The position numbers and the translations under genes are program-made. The notes under the pieces are model-generated. The model made no database searches, was not told the DNA's origin, and worked only from the letters and a program-made list of their open reading frames with translations. Below, piece after piece: positions 36,245-47,569 of a stretch of DNA of 64,000 bases; positions within the stretch are counted from its first letter, which is position 1; each line of letters opens with the position of its first letter. Origin of the DNA: Blepharisma stoltei ATCC 30299 (Eukaryota; Protista; Ciliophora); the NCBI GenBank assembly GCA_965603825.1, contig CBFDEM010000033.1, positions 124,001-188,000 on the forward strand. Direction: 5' to 3'.

Positions 36245-36592
36245 TTATTCTAAGATTCTTGCAGTTAATATTGCTCCACTCTGTATTTGTGGGTAATCAG
36301 CCAATGAAAGTGGCCCTAGTAGCTTGCGGCCTTCAAAAAACAGTTCCTACATGTCTCTTACAATTGATTCAAATTGATAGTCTGTTTGGCTTGAAATTTT
36401 ATAGACAACCCAATCAATGTTAACTCCAGCTTTGAACTGAATTTATATTACATCATCTTCAATCCTTCTGCCGTCTGGTAACGCTATAATTAGCCTAATT
36501 GTATTTCCTGCAATTTCTTCGCTTTCCTCATGTGATGTTTTTACCTCATCAGTATCTCTTCCTTCTCTATTCAGATTCAGCGGAGATGCCAT
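36245..36592 (-). CDS. Small ubiquitin-like (beta-grasp) protein, 105 aa, two 15-nt introns (36437-36451, 36347-36361); absent from ORF track
   Basis: Spliced: ..IRLIIALPDGRRIEDD|FKAGVNIDWVVYKISSQTDYQFESI|ELFFEGRKLLGPLSLADYPQIQSGAILTARILE; introns gtaatataaattcag and gtaagagacatgtag. Confidence 0.85.
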
Positions 36593-36679
36593 TATTATTG
36601 ATTATAAATCTTCGAAAATTTTATTTTGTTTTAGTTAATTTACCATAATTTTTAAACTTAAATCTTAATTAGCTACTTA

Positions 36680-38464
36680 TTAGCAGCAGCCTCCTTTTTT
36701 TTCTTCACGGTTTTCCTTCATGAATTCTACTAAAGGCTCTGGGGCATATACTGAGGTGCCGTTTGATTTTTCATCGATTAAGAAAGCCTGGATAATGGTT
36801 TCACATGCCATGGAGTAGACACTCATAAAGAGTGAAGCTACTAAATAGCAGACAATGATAAACACAACGGTAGGAGGAATAGGTGAAGAAATGTTTTCTG
36901 AGTAGTAATCAGTATTAGTGATTATAACATATCCAAGCCATGCAGTAAGCAGAGTAATCAAAACTTTCCCTAAAAAGTTAAGAATTGTCCCTACACCTCC
37001 TAAAATTGTATATCTTGCTGCATTTTCTATCATCAGTGTAAACGCACTTTGAGCTGCAGTACAGAAATTTTCTCCAGACATCGCAACTCTTATATACGCC
37101 TGGGTATTCAAAAACTTCACAAATCTTTCAAAGCAGCTCACCAAACAATTTAAGCAGCTGCAGCAGCACTTCAAAGCAGGGTTGCTATCACCCCCAGCTT
37201 CCTTATAAATTTTTTCTGAAATAAGCCTCAGCAGCCATTTAATCAAAATTACGAGTGAGAGTATAAAAGACCCAAAAGCCACTGACCCAATATGATAGAA
37301 AATTCCATATTTCGTCGCAGTGCATATAGGGCTTTCGTCTTTTTTAGCTCTGAAGTACCAAATGCAGCAAGCACAAGCAATGATAAACTCAGTCATGGCG
37401 ACTTTAAAAGCATCAATCCATAAAATCCCTAAAAACTCGAACCAAAAAGCGTTTCTTAAGGTCTGGTCAAATTTAATGTGAGCCATTGCTGAGTATTTTT
37501 CTTTTTTTTCGACAGTTCCTGAGGAGTATAAGTAGACTAAAGCGATAACCCAGAAAGTGATTGTGAGTATGCTGATTAAAAACATAACGACTGGGACGAG
37601 GAGAGATTCCCAGACATCTGCAATGAAGAGGGAGGCAGATTTCATGATGGCTACAGCAAGTTCGATTCTTTTTCTCATACAGATGATTAGGAGTAAGGAA
37701 AGGCCTGCGATGATATAGCATAAAATAGCGACAATTCTGAGGGCTGTATTTGTTTTGGTGCTTTCTGCTCCGCCGTAGTATTCTTTGGCACTGTAATCTA
37801 GGAAAAGTCCGAATAGAACAAATAGCCCGATGATTGCTGCAAAACTGAGCCATAATGCACATCCTACGAAAAATCTGACAAATATCATGTAGAGTATTGA
37901 TATAACGATTGCCATGCCGAGTACACCAAGCACCATAGACCAGCAGACAGCAATATCAGTCATATATTGAGTGAATTGGTCAGATTCAATATAATCCATG
38001 AACTTTTCAGTTTTTCCACCTATAGCATCAGGGTTTGGAAGACAAGCTTTTCCAAGCACAGAGCTGGACTCATAAGGCTCATAATCATAAATGCCTCCAT
38101 CCTTAGTGGTCGCTGTAAATGCACAGCTTGTAACCCATGTATTTGGATAGCACTCAACTACATCAGTGTAATTCTTTGGGCAAGATTTGACACAAGTGGT
38201 ATATTTGGTACTTTCGTCAGGATTTACATAGTAAAGGTAAGGATAGTCTGCTGTAACTGTATCGCTAAGCCCACACTGGTTGCCTGAAGAGTCGTAAGGG
38301 TAAAGCACCATATCAGGGTTACCATTTTTGAAACCAAAGATGCCAATAACTATCATGGCAGCTACGAATACAGTGAAAATGAAAGTACAGAGGATATCTG
38401 TGCATCTTCTTTCTTTGACTGGGCCATCTCTTAAATCTTGGTCTACAGCTTTATAGTCAGCCAT
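36680..38464 (-). CDS. Choline transporter-like protein (SLC44/CTL)
   Basis: R.CTD..C, YPYDSSGNQCG, YHIGSVAFGSFI, F+KFLN..AYI..A..G.NFC.AA. Confidence 0.95.
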   Translation of the reverse strand: MADYKAVDQDLRDGPVKERRCTDILCTFIFTVFVAAMIVIGIFGFKNGNPDMVLYPYDSSGNQCGLSDTVTADYPYLYYVNPDESTKYTTCVKSCPKNYTDVVECYPNTWVTSCAFTATTKDGGIYDYEPYESSSVLGKACLPNPDAIGGKTEKFMDYIESDQFTQYMTDIAVCWSMVLGVLGMAIVISILYMIFVRFFVGCALWLSFAAIIGLFVLFGLFLDYSAKEYYGGAESTKTNTALRIVAILCYIIAGLSLLLIICMRKRIELAVAIMKSASLFIADVWESLLVPVVMFLISILTITFWVIALVYLYSSGTVEKKEKYSAMAHIKFDQTLRNAFWFEFLGILWIDAFKVAMTEFIIACACCIWYFRAKKDESPICTATKYGIFYHIGSVAFGSFILSLVILIKWLLRLISEKIYKEAGGDSNPALKCCCSCLNCLVSCFERFVKFLNTQAYIRVAMSGENFCTAAQSAFTLMIENAARYTILGGVGTILNFLGKVLITLLTAWLGYVIITNTDYYSENISSPIPPTVVFIIVCYLVASLFMSVYSMACETIIQAFLIDEKSNGTSVYAPEPLVEFMKENREEKKGGCC

Positions 38465-38618
38465 ATTTTATATTCAGTTTAAGAATTCATTCGACTTAAC
38501 TTAATATTCCTTATCTTTAGCTGTAAAATCTTTATTAGCAACTCTATTGTAATTAATAGCTTATACACAATATGTTTATTTTAAATAAAATAAATTCTTC
38601 GACAAAAATTGAACTTAT

Positions 38619-38999
38619 TTAATCTTTACTTGTAGGACTTGGCAGTCTTTGAAAGGACATCTGTTTGGTCATTGAAAAACTTGTTTGGGTTGGAGGTCGC
38701 TTCAATCGTGGAGTGGAATTGGTGCGAGAATAAGATCGTTGGAAAGGAGAAATTTCAAATGTCTCTTGGCGAGAAAAACTGATAAAGGTTTTCTGGGGAG
38801 AAGGGGTTCTAATAAATTGCTGAGATCTTATTAAAGGTCCATCTGCTCGAGAATGAGGATTTACTCTTAGGGGTTTTACGGTTTTTGTAAATTGAGATAA
38901 GTGTTTTCCAAATGGGTTAGTTATATAAGGAGTCTGTATGTTGTCCCTAAATAAAAATTGAGATCTTTGTATTTGATAAGTTGTATTATTTTTTGACAT
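38619..38999 (-). CDS. Hypothetical basic protein, 126 aa
   Basis: ATG to TAA ORF flanked by AT-rich spacers. Confidence 0.6.
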   Translation of the reverse strand: MSKNNTTYQIQRSQFLFRDNIQTPYITNPFGKHLSQFTKTVKPLRVNPHSRADGPLIRSQQFIRTPSPQKTFISFSRQETFEISPFQRSYSRTNSTPRLKRPPTQTSFSMTKQMSFQRLPSPTSKD

Positions 39000-39342
39000 T
39001 TATTAAGGCAAACTTACTTTTTTATTTAAAATAAGAAAAACCCTCCTGATCTTGCTTTTATTTATAAAATGCTTTGAATTTCTCATAAATAATAGAGATT
39101 TCTAGCCCTAAAATAATGGTTTCTAGCGCATTTTAATCTTTAGCATTTTAAAGCTGAATTTTCTAGCCTATCTCAAAAGAACTCATAATTAATCTAGCAT
39201 TATTAATATATAAATTTCAGCGCATTTAATATTTAAATCGATTTTTTAGCTAATTTTCATATCTCACATACAATTTCTCTACAAATTAATTTGCCTATTA
39301 TTTTACTTACTCATAATCTTTTTTATACTGCATTCCTTATAA

Positions 39343-40617
39343 ATGGATAAAAGAGCAACATTAGAAGAGTATAAAGAAACGCTATCTGAGATGACTAGAG
39401 AAAAAGAAAAGCTTCTAATGGTTCTTAATAATACGAAAAATCTAGAAAATGAAGAAAAGTCTGAGTCTGAGAAGAAATTGGATTCAGATATAGAGAATTC
39501 GAAGAAAATAATTTATGGGCTGCATGATAATATTATCAAAGTCAGAGATGAAAATAGAAAACTTGCAGTTGAAAAAGATTGGCTGCAATGAAAACTACCA
39601 AAAAAGTAATTTTTATTAAGGCCAAATGAACTTAAAATTCTAGAAGAGAAGCTAAGTAAACTTAAAGATGAAAATAAACAGCTTGCAGAGGAAAAAGAAA
39701 CCTTATCTAAAGAGAAGTCTAAAGAATCAATGAAAAGCATCAGAAATGAAGATCCAAATCTGTATTTTTTGATAAAAAGAATAAACCAAGCTGAAGAACA
39801 AAATAAGCAGTACAGCCAAATGCTAAGAGATTTAATTGATGAAAGAAATAAAACTATTTTTGAGTACTCAGAGATTACTAAAAAACTTAACTTCGAAGAA
39901 CAGCAACGAGAAAAGCTAAAAAACGCTGATTTAGTTATACTTGAATGTGAAGGCAGAATAAAGGATTTAAGAGAAAAATTAGAAGAAAGAAAAAAAATGC
40001 TTTTTGAAGCTGAAACCCACAGAGCGGCTTCTAAAAATGATGAAGTAGTCGAAATGTACCATAAAATATCTAAAGAAGCTAAAAACTGGGCAGACACAGA
40101 AGAAAGCTTAAGAAAAGAGCTAGACGAATTAATATGTACAATCGAAATTGAAAGAGTTCAAGGAATCAAACTCAACCCTCCTGAGTTTAACCAAAAGCTG
40201 AGGATTGAAATGAAATTAATGGAGGCAGAAATTTCAGTAAAAAGTAAAGAGTTAAAAGAAAGAGAAAAAATGCTACTTCAGTTGCAAGTAAAATATGGCC
40301 AATTGATGAAAATCACTCCTGAAGAAAAACTTATAAGAAGCAGAAGCGCAAATCATCTACAGCAGCAGCCGAAATTAGAGAAGAATTTTGAAGATGATAC
40401 GAAAAAAAGGAGATTTATTAGTAAAAATCCACCTGCTCGGAAAGTTGATAAAAGAAGGCAAAAGCTAATAGACCAGCTTACTAAAAGTCTTGTAGAAGGG
40501 CAGACAGTTGAAGCCTTAAATACGCTAAAAAACTACGGAAAACCTAACCAAGGACTTGCAAGTAAAATTATTGAGCTAAATCGTGGAGAATTCTTATCAA
40601 AGATGAAGAATACATAA
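39343..40617 (+). CDS. Coiled-coil protein; 15-nt intron 39606-39620
   Basis: Two same-frame track ORFs joined by TGA=Trp and intron gtaatttttattaag. Confidence 0.82.
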
Positions 40618-40786
40618 TATTTAAACTAATTTTCATTAGAAATTTATAATAACTATTAACAATGCTCAGATTTATACTACTATTTTAATAATTCATAAGA
40701 AATTTCTATAATTGCTACTTCAAAAAAAATACTCTAAGGGTTAGAACTATGAAAATTGATATTTTTGATTTTGATTTTAATAATAA

Positions 40787-42670
40787 ATGGATAAAGTAAA
40801 GATCTATCTATTTACAAGTCTCTGTATTGATTTCGCATTCATTGCTCTAATTCTGACCAGTATCACATATGACCTTATAAACAGCTTAGAAGCCGCAGAA
40901 ATACTTTGCATTATTTTTTCAATCATCTCGCTTATCTCATTATTTTTAATTTTCCTGCATTTTATCCTGATCCTTATAGTAAAGATCAAGCTTTTTCCGT
41001 TCTTAAAGTACGGTCATATCATAGCGACTCCCGCTTATTGTTTAGGTACAATTTTATATATAACAATCAGCACCTACTATTCCATTTCAAATACAAAAAC
41101 TGGCTCAGGAACTCTTCTCTCCTACGCTATTAGTGGCATTGCTCTCTTCCAAATATCTCTTTACATCTACATAAAAAAGTTCAAGGACTGGAATTCTGCC
41201 GATATCATGAAATACGCAGTCATCGATGAACAATTCAAAGCAGAAGACGGCACAGAAATGAGCTATACACACAGTGACATCCCAAAATCCAAAGATAACG
41301 AGTTTCTAATCCGATACGAAGAATTACAACAAAAATACGAAGAAGAGCTTAAATTGACGGCAGCTCTAAAACAAGAAAAAATTCAGGAATTCAGAAGGGC
41401 TAAATTAGTTGAGGACAGAAAAGAGCAAGAAGTAGCACAATTAAAAGCAGAATTATTAAGAATAGAAAAAGACAGAAACGAAGGCAGAGAAAGAATTAAA
41501 AAGAACGAAGAAAGAATTTTGAAGCTAAAAAAGCAAGTTTCTGACTTAGAAAATGAGAAAAGGGAAATTGAAGCAGAAGCTGAGGCAAATTTAATGAATT
41601 TTCATAAGAGCCAGAATGAAGGAAATAGCTATCAAGTCAATGACCAAATTAATGAAGAAGATCACCCAGACACTAAAGCTTTTATTCAAAAAATGAAAGA
41701 ATTAGAAAGCGAAATAGTGGCAAGAGACAAAGAAATTTTACAGCTAAAACAGATAGAGAAAACGCAGAATGATAATGTAGAGAAAGAATTGGAAATAGCA
41801 AAAGCAAGCATTGAGAAATTAGAAGAAAAAATAAATGAATTCAAAACTGAAAATTCGAATTTGAGGTCAGAATTAGCTGCTGCTAAAGAAGATGATAAGG
41901 AGGTGGAAAAGTTGAATGTGCTTATAGAGAGGGAACATAAAAAGAAAGAACTTCGCATTGTGGAGTTAGAAGGAATATTAGCTGATTTTGGGAATAAATT
42001 AAATATAGAAAAAAATAAAAACAGTGAGCTTGAAAAAGAAAAAATTTCGATTGAGCAAGAATTATATAGTGTAAAAGGACTAAAAGAGTCGATCGAGCAA
42101 CAAATGATACTTCTACAAGGGAAAAATGCTGAAATAAACCAAGAATCCGAAAAATCCACCAAGGAAATTAAAGATTTGCTTATAAAGCATCAAGCAGAAA
42201 ATGAGAATTTGAGACAAAATATTGAACATCTTAAAACAGAAAAAGCATCATCTCAGCAAGAAATAATAAAACTATCAGAAAATTTATCAAAAGCCCAAGA
42301 CAATATCATCTCCTCAAATAAACAAATAGAGTCATTAAGCTTAGAAATCAGCAATTTAAATACCCAAATCTCAAACTTCTCATCCCAAAATAGCAAAAAA
42401 GAAGGAACTATCGCAAGTCTAACAACGAGCATAGAAAGTCTCGAAAATGAAGTCTCATCAAAAACTGTTGAGAATATTCAACTAAAATTGGGAATAGAAA
42501 GCAAGGAAAAAGAGGTAGCGAGCATCCAATTAGAGCTCGAAACTTGTAAAAGCAAAATAGATGAGCTGAATGAAAATCTAGAAGAAGTAGTGAAGGAGAA
42601 GAACGAAATAGCCCAAAGCTTGACTGCTATGATAATGGAAAATCAAAAGCTTATGATGGAGCACGAGTAA
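40787..42670 (+). CDS. N-terminal 4-TM segment plus long coiled coil, 627 aa
   Basis: Four hydrophobic stretches in the first ~130 aa, then continuous E/K heptads. Confidence 0.82.
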   Translation: MDKVKIYLFTSLCIDFAFIALILTSITYDLINSLEAAEILCIIFSIISLISLFLIFLHFILILIVKIKLFPFLKYGHIIATPAYCLGTILYITISTYYSISNTKTGSGTLLSYAISGIALFQISLYIYIKKFKDWNSADIMKYAVIDEQFKAEDGTEMSYTHSDIPKSKDNEFLIRYEELQQKYEEELKLTAALKQEKIQEFRRAKLVEDRKEQEVAQLKAELLRIEKDRNEGRERIKKNEERILKLKKQVSDLENEKREIEAEAEANLMNFHKSQNEGNSYQVNDQINEEDHPDTKAFIQKMKELESEIVARDKEILQLKQIEKTQNDNVEKELEIAKASIEKLEEKINEFKTENSNLRSELAAAKEDDKEVEKLNVLIEREHKKKELRIVELEGILADFGNKLNIEKNKNSELEKEKISIEQELYSVKGLKESIEQQMILLQGKNAEINQESEKSTKEIKDLLIKHQAENENLRQNIEHLKTEKASSQQEIIKLSENLSKAQDNIISSNKQIESLSLEISNLNTQISNFSSQNSKKEGTIASLTTSIESLENEVSSKTVENIQLKLGIESKEKEVASIQLELETCKSKIDELNENLEEVVKEKNEIAQSLTAMIMENQKLMMEHE

Positions 42671-42904
42671 AATTATAGATATTTTATATTGTCTTCTTTT
42701 TTTAAATAAATGCTGAGCAAATGAAATTTCGAATAAATTATAATAGTAATAAAAAATAACTTGATTTATTGCAAAAGTATTATAAAATAAAAATTTAAAT
42801 GGTTCAGTATTTACATATAAAATATGTTTTAAGTCCCAGCTTTGCAGATACTATATTTTTTATAATTATAAGCTAAACTATGTCTCCAGAAATATACTGA
42901 AATA

Positions 42905-43648
42905 TTAAAATACAAATCTCTTCATTTCTCTCCTCCAACCTGTAACAATTTGTTTAATTTCTTTTTTCATCAAGTCTTTCTCTTCACCTTGGCTCGACCT
43001 CTGCTGCCATTTTCTTTTTATTTTATGTTTGTATTCTTTAGAAACTGTTTTGATATCATGAATGAGATCATCTTTCAATAAAAAATATTGTGATTCTCTT
43101 CTCTTCAATAAAAGATCATTGTCTTTTGTATTAGATTCTTGAATTAACTCTATTAAATTATTAAATACAGCGTTATGAGGAGATCTTGAAGATTTGTGGT
43201 TCGTTTTTTGTTTAGGGATTGGGGGTTTTGCAAACTTCGCATCCTCTTCTCTATTTCTTCTAGCAGGTGAAGATGGCAATGAAAAATATACTGAATTGCG
43301 GGAAAGTGGTGAAGAGTTCATATTTTTTGAAGAGAAATTTTGAGACCTATCAGGAGATCTGGAGTTCGATGATGATTCGGAATGCCGCTTATAATCAGTT
43401 TTTTCAGGAATTTCATTATAAGTCATGCTTTTTAGCTTATTTGTGATATCTTGGGAACGGTCTAGAAAATTAGTTGAAATTCTTTTTCCTTTTCTGGTAA
43501 ACTCATCGGTTGACTGTGTCCGGGTTTTATCAATTGGAGTGCCACATGAAATTATGGGAGACGGGATAAAGCTATATCCTCCTGAGGGGTAGCCAGATAA
43601 GTGTAAAGGAACGTCAAAATTTGTATCAACTTTGATATCTGAAGTCAT
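42905..43648 (-). CDS. Hypothetical Ser-rich protein (likely start MTSDIK at 43648)
   Basis: ORF to TAA; the track's upstream extension is AT-rich and UTR-like. Confidence 0.68.
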   Translation of the reverse strand: MTSDIKVDTNFDVPLHLSGYPSGGYSFIPSPIISCGTPIDKTRTQSTDEFTRKGKRISTNFLDRSQDITNKLKSMTYNEIPEKTDYKRHSESSSNSRSPDRSQNFSSKNMNSSPLSRNSVYFSLPSSPARRNREEDAKFAKPPIPKQKTNHKSSRSPHNAVFNNLIELIQESNTKDNDLLLKRRESQYFLLKDDLIHDIKTVSKEYKHKIKRKWQQRSSQGEEKDLMKKEIKQIVTGWRREMKRFVF

Positions 43649-43987
43649 ATTGGTTTTATAATGGATTTTTTTATAGAGTTTATATTGAATGTAAAATAGC
43701 ATTGCTATTGGGTTCGAATTTTTATGAGAAAATGATAAGGATAATTTGTGATTTTGATTTATAGGGATTCATATTTATAAGACCAGATAGCTTAATAATT
43801 ATGAAATATCAGGAGGATTAGAAACAGTTGGAATTTTAAGATTAAATATTTTATATTAATTAGGAAATTTTTACTTTTTTTCTTAAATTTAATAATTATC
43901 TAGCTTCCTAAATTCAATATCGATTTATAAAAAACCAAATTAATTAAACAATCCCGGCTTTAGAACCACACGCTATTAGATTTTTCA

Positions 43988-44513
43988 ATTAAATTTTGAA
44001 GGATCCATATTAATATTAAGAAACCAATTTTATGTTATAAAATATTTAAAACTGGATTACGCAGGGCTTAATTTCGATCTTCATATTTTTCCATTTATAC
44101 AAAAATTCGGAGGTTCTCTCATACACAATTCGTTCGATTTCCAAATGCACCCTTAAGTCATAATCCTTATCTATCTTTCAATATAGGCTCAGTTCTTCTT
44201 CTATCCATTTGCTTTCTTTATACATAGTTAAAGAGAGTTCCATTGAATTCCATATGTCTTCCAAAATATATCTAAGCTCATTATTCGACAAATGTCTGGT
44301 ATCTGAATTACTTAATGACTGAATTTTAGACAAGACAGAGTTATGGTGCTCTTCATTCCTTCTTCTCTGTCTTTCTTTTTCTTCTTCTGTTTGCTCTTCT
44401 ATTTGTTCTTTTTTCTTCCCAAAATAAGCAAGAATGTTTTGAAATCTCATAATAATTATAATTAGGTATTGATTTTAGCACATTTTATTTCTGCCTACTG
44501 ACTAGGAATCTGG
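43988..44513. repeat. ~525-bp dispersed direct repeat (unit B)
   Basis: Aligns with 15471-15999. Confidence 0.92.
44046..44450 (-). CDS. Orphan 134-aa protein, copy B
   Basis: Paralog of 15528-15935; read through TGA at 44178 to TAA at 44046. Confidence 0.75.
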
Positions 44514-44524
44514 AAATTTTTACT

Positions 44525-44775
44525 AATATCAATTTTGCCGAATATAGACATCTATTTATCTACTGAAGAAGAATCATACGTCAATAATTTAATTTAGCTG
44601 CTAGATAGCTTGGAAAATAAATATGGGGACCAGACAATTTTGGAATAGCTTTAAAGAATCCAAAAATTTTTGTAGGGTTTTACAATAATTAACAGAAAAA
44701 AAGTGCAGCTTTTATAAAGTAGGAAAATTTTCAAATGGAAAATTGAAATAAGTGGAAAAATCAGTATCCAGGAGG
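44525..44775 (+). pseudogene. Inverted decayed fragment of receptor copy 2 (source ~5710-5979)
   Basis: aatatcaattttgcc.aatatagacatctatt.atctactgaagaagaatcatacgtcaataattta..tcagtatccaggagg is the reverse complement of 5710-5979, with indels and a TAG. Confidence 0.9.
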
Positions 44776-44895
44776 TAATAAACAATAAATGAGATATTTA
44801 TATTTTAAGAGGTATGGAAAACCGAACCTTATAATAATAAATGAGCCCAGCAGAGGAAATTTTGCTAGAAAATTTCATATATCAGCTATTTTAAT

Positions 44896-45170
44896 ATATT
44901 TAAAATATTATATTCTTAATCTTTGAGTTTTATGTTTTTCCATTTATATACAAATTTAGGGGCTTTCTCAAGCTCAATTTTTTTCAATTTCTATATGCAA
45001 CCTGAAGTCATAATTCTCCCTTATCCTTCAGAATATATCCAGTTTATCTTCTATTTATTTTCTTTCTTTATGCATGGTTAAAGAGAGTTCTAGTAAATTC
45101 CATATGTCTTCCCAAAATGCTTTTAAAGCTTATTCGATCTGGCTGAATTGTTAATAATTGAATTTAAAAC
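44896..45170 (-). pseudogene. Decayed partial copy (E) of the orphan gene
   Basis: ccatttata.acaaatttaggggctttctcaagct.. shared with copy C; ttaaagagagttc..ttccatatgtcttc. Confidence 0.8.
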
Positions 45171-45270
45171 ACATAATAATTAGTTTCTTTAGAATTTAAT
45201 AAATAATTAGTCTGCAATATAATTTTTTATCACAGAGTTTTAGATAAAAAATTGGGAAAAATCCATCTTC

Positions 45271-45366
45271 TATAATCTTAAGCTAAGCAATAAAATACAA
45301 AAATATGCTTTAAATGCTCAAATTCCAATTTTTATACTAAAAATAGTTCAGCTATAGCAAATAATA
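45271..45366 (+). pseudogene. Second inverted fragment of receptor copy 2 (source ~6362-6458)
   Basis: taaaatacaaaaatatgctttaaatgctcaaat..ttatactaaaaatagttcagctatagca is the reverse complement of 6362-6458. Confidence 0.88.
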
Positions 45367-45831
45367 TAGCTGATCCCTGCTTTGGTTCTTAACTACGTCG
45401 GGAGACATCAGATTGAGAGTCGACAAACCAACATCTGCTGGAAAAATCAACTCCCAGATGACAAATCCTCTAAAATCAAAAAGATTGATAATAAGACTAT
45501 TTGGTGTCTAATAATGCATTTTGAGCTTTCTGATATGTTTCATCACTATTTTATTGGTCAAATCATTTTTAAATATTAACTAATTTAAAAACAACACATA
45601 AAAATTATTTGTGATTCACATAAAAAGAGATATTACAATATTTATTTCTCATTCAGAAAAATAAAAAAATATAAATTCAGCATTAATAAAAACAGTTTAT
45701 ATAAGCCAATATAAATAGTGTTTGCATGTGCATCAAGATTAAACAAATTAAGAAATTTATTGTATCTGATATAGAAAAACTTAATAATAAATTTCTAAAA
45801 ATACATAAACTGCCTTTAATAGCAAGTTAAA

Positions 45832-46791
45832 ATGGGAGCAGCATGCTGTGGTTCTAAAGTTTTAAAACATGTAAGAGTTGCTGACGTATCTCGAGTTCCT
45901 ATGGGAATGATACCTCCTACTTATCAAACTGATCAAGATATAGAAAACAACTGAAATAAAGAACTGAATCTCTACCAGGACTCCAATAACCCAATCTCTA
46001 CCTTTAAAGAGCAAAATTTCACTAAATTCAGATCTTTGATTTATAATGGAACCCCAAAATCACTACGTTTTGAGATTTGGCAACAAGCTTTGAATATAAA
46101 TTCTGACGAAATTTCGGTTGAAAATTTGCTAGACTCAAATTTATCAACTTCTCTATCAGATATAGAAAAAGATATAACCAGGACTTTTCCTGCTAACCCT
46201 TTATTTTCAACTGAATTAGGCCAAAAAACTTTAAAAGAGGTTCTATTAGCATTTGCAAACCACAGGCCGAACATCGGATATTGCCAAGGCATGAATTATA
46301 TCGCAGCGACATTTCTTATAACATGCAATGGTGACAGAAATAGCGCATTTTACATTATGAATTGTGTCCTGTCAAAATTTGGAGCTGAAAGATTATTTGA
46401 AAAAGGGTTTCCTTTAGTCAAAGAATTGTGCTCAAAATTCCACAATTCTTTGAGATCTGCAAAGCCTAATATTGAAGCCCACATACTGAAGCATAATTTT
46501 GATGATGCTTTGTGGCTTACAAAGTGATTTATTACGATGTTTACTTATTCTTTTTCTTATGAAACTGTTGTAAGGTTTTGGGATGGTGTTTTTACAAAAG
46601 GGATTAGGTTTATGATCAATATTTCATTAGCCATTGTAGAAATGATTGAATCAGAAATTTTGAAGAGAGATTTGCCATTACTTTCAGAGTATTTTTCTGG
46701 CATTGGACAAAGGTATTTGAACATTGATTTGATTATGAAAAATGCATTAAAATATGACGTGCAAATTGATAATAATGATCAAGCTGTATAA
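45832..46791 (+). CDS. TBC-domain Rab GTPase-activating protein, 319 aa
   Basis: MGAACC acylation motif; IEKDITRTFP (Arg finger), GYCQGMNYI (Gln finger), K(W=TGA)FITMF, RFWD. Confidence 0.94.
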
Positions 46792-46990
46792 AAATGCCAA
46801 TAAATTAATAATTTAAGCATTATAAAAAAGTATGATTTCATTGATTTTAAGCATAAAATCGACAAATCCAATTAATTATTGAGCATTATCTAAATAAAAG
46901 TATATAAAAATACAAATTATCTAAGGAAAAATTTTTTATTAAAAAAATAAGCAAATTACTTATTGTTATTATCAGGTTTTCGGTGTTCAA

Positions 46991-47569
46991 TTAATTGAAA
47001 TTGACACATTGATATTGAAAATCATTCATTGCCGCATCTATAGAGATTCTTTCAATGCAGGGTCCACTGAAAAGTCCAAATTCTGACTTATAGGTATCAA
47101 TAAAAAACTCTTCTTCATTGATAAATATCTTGCACTTCTTTTCATCAACTGCACTATCTTCATTCCTCGGTGAATTCTCTGCAGTTGAGTTTTTGCCAAA
47201 ATCAGACAAGTCATTCTCCTCATCTGATTTCAATTTGGCTGATGCATTTAATTCAGTTTTATTTTCTTCAATATAAGGATTTAAGTTTGTGTTGATTTTC
47301 ATATTCAGATGCTTCTTGGTTTTACGTTTCTGCTTTTTCAGTTTTTCGTGCTCTATAACAATTTTTTTTTCTGAAAACTCTTCTTTACTGAGATGATCCC
47401 AAACTGTCTGGGAATGTCCTACAAAGTAAGATTGAATAGCCATATACAATTGAAATAGCCTTGCTTTGTGGCTGCAATCGAATAAAAAGCATGAGATCAA
47501 TAAAATCGATAAAAGGAAGATTGTAAGCATATCAAGATCCAACGTGGTCATATTATTTTGCAAATTCAT
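46991..47569 (-). CDS. Hypothetical protein with N-terminal TM segment, 192 aa
   Basis: ATG to TAA ORF. Confidence 0.65.
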   Translation of the reverse strand: MNLQNNMTTLDLDMLTIFLLSILLISCFLFDCSHKARLFQLYMAIQSYFVGHSQTVWDHLSKEEFSEKKIVIEHEKLKKQKRKTKKHLNMKINTNLNPYIEENKTELNASAKLKSDEENDLSDFGKNSTAENSPRNEDSAVDEKKCKIFINEEEFFIDTYKSEFGLFSGPCIERISIDAAMNDFQYQCVNFN

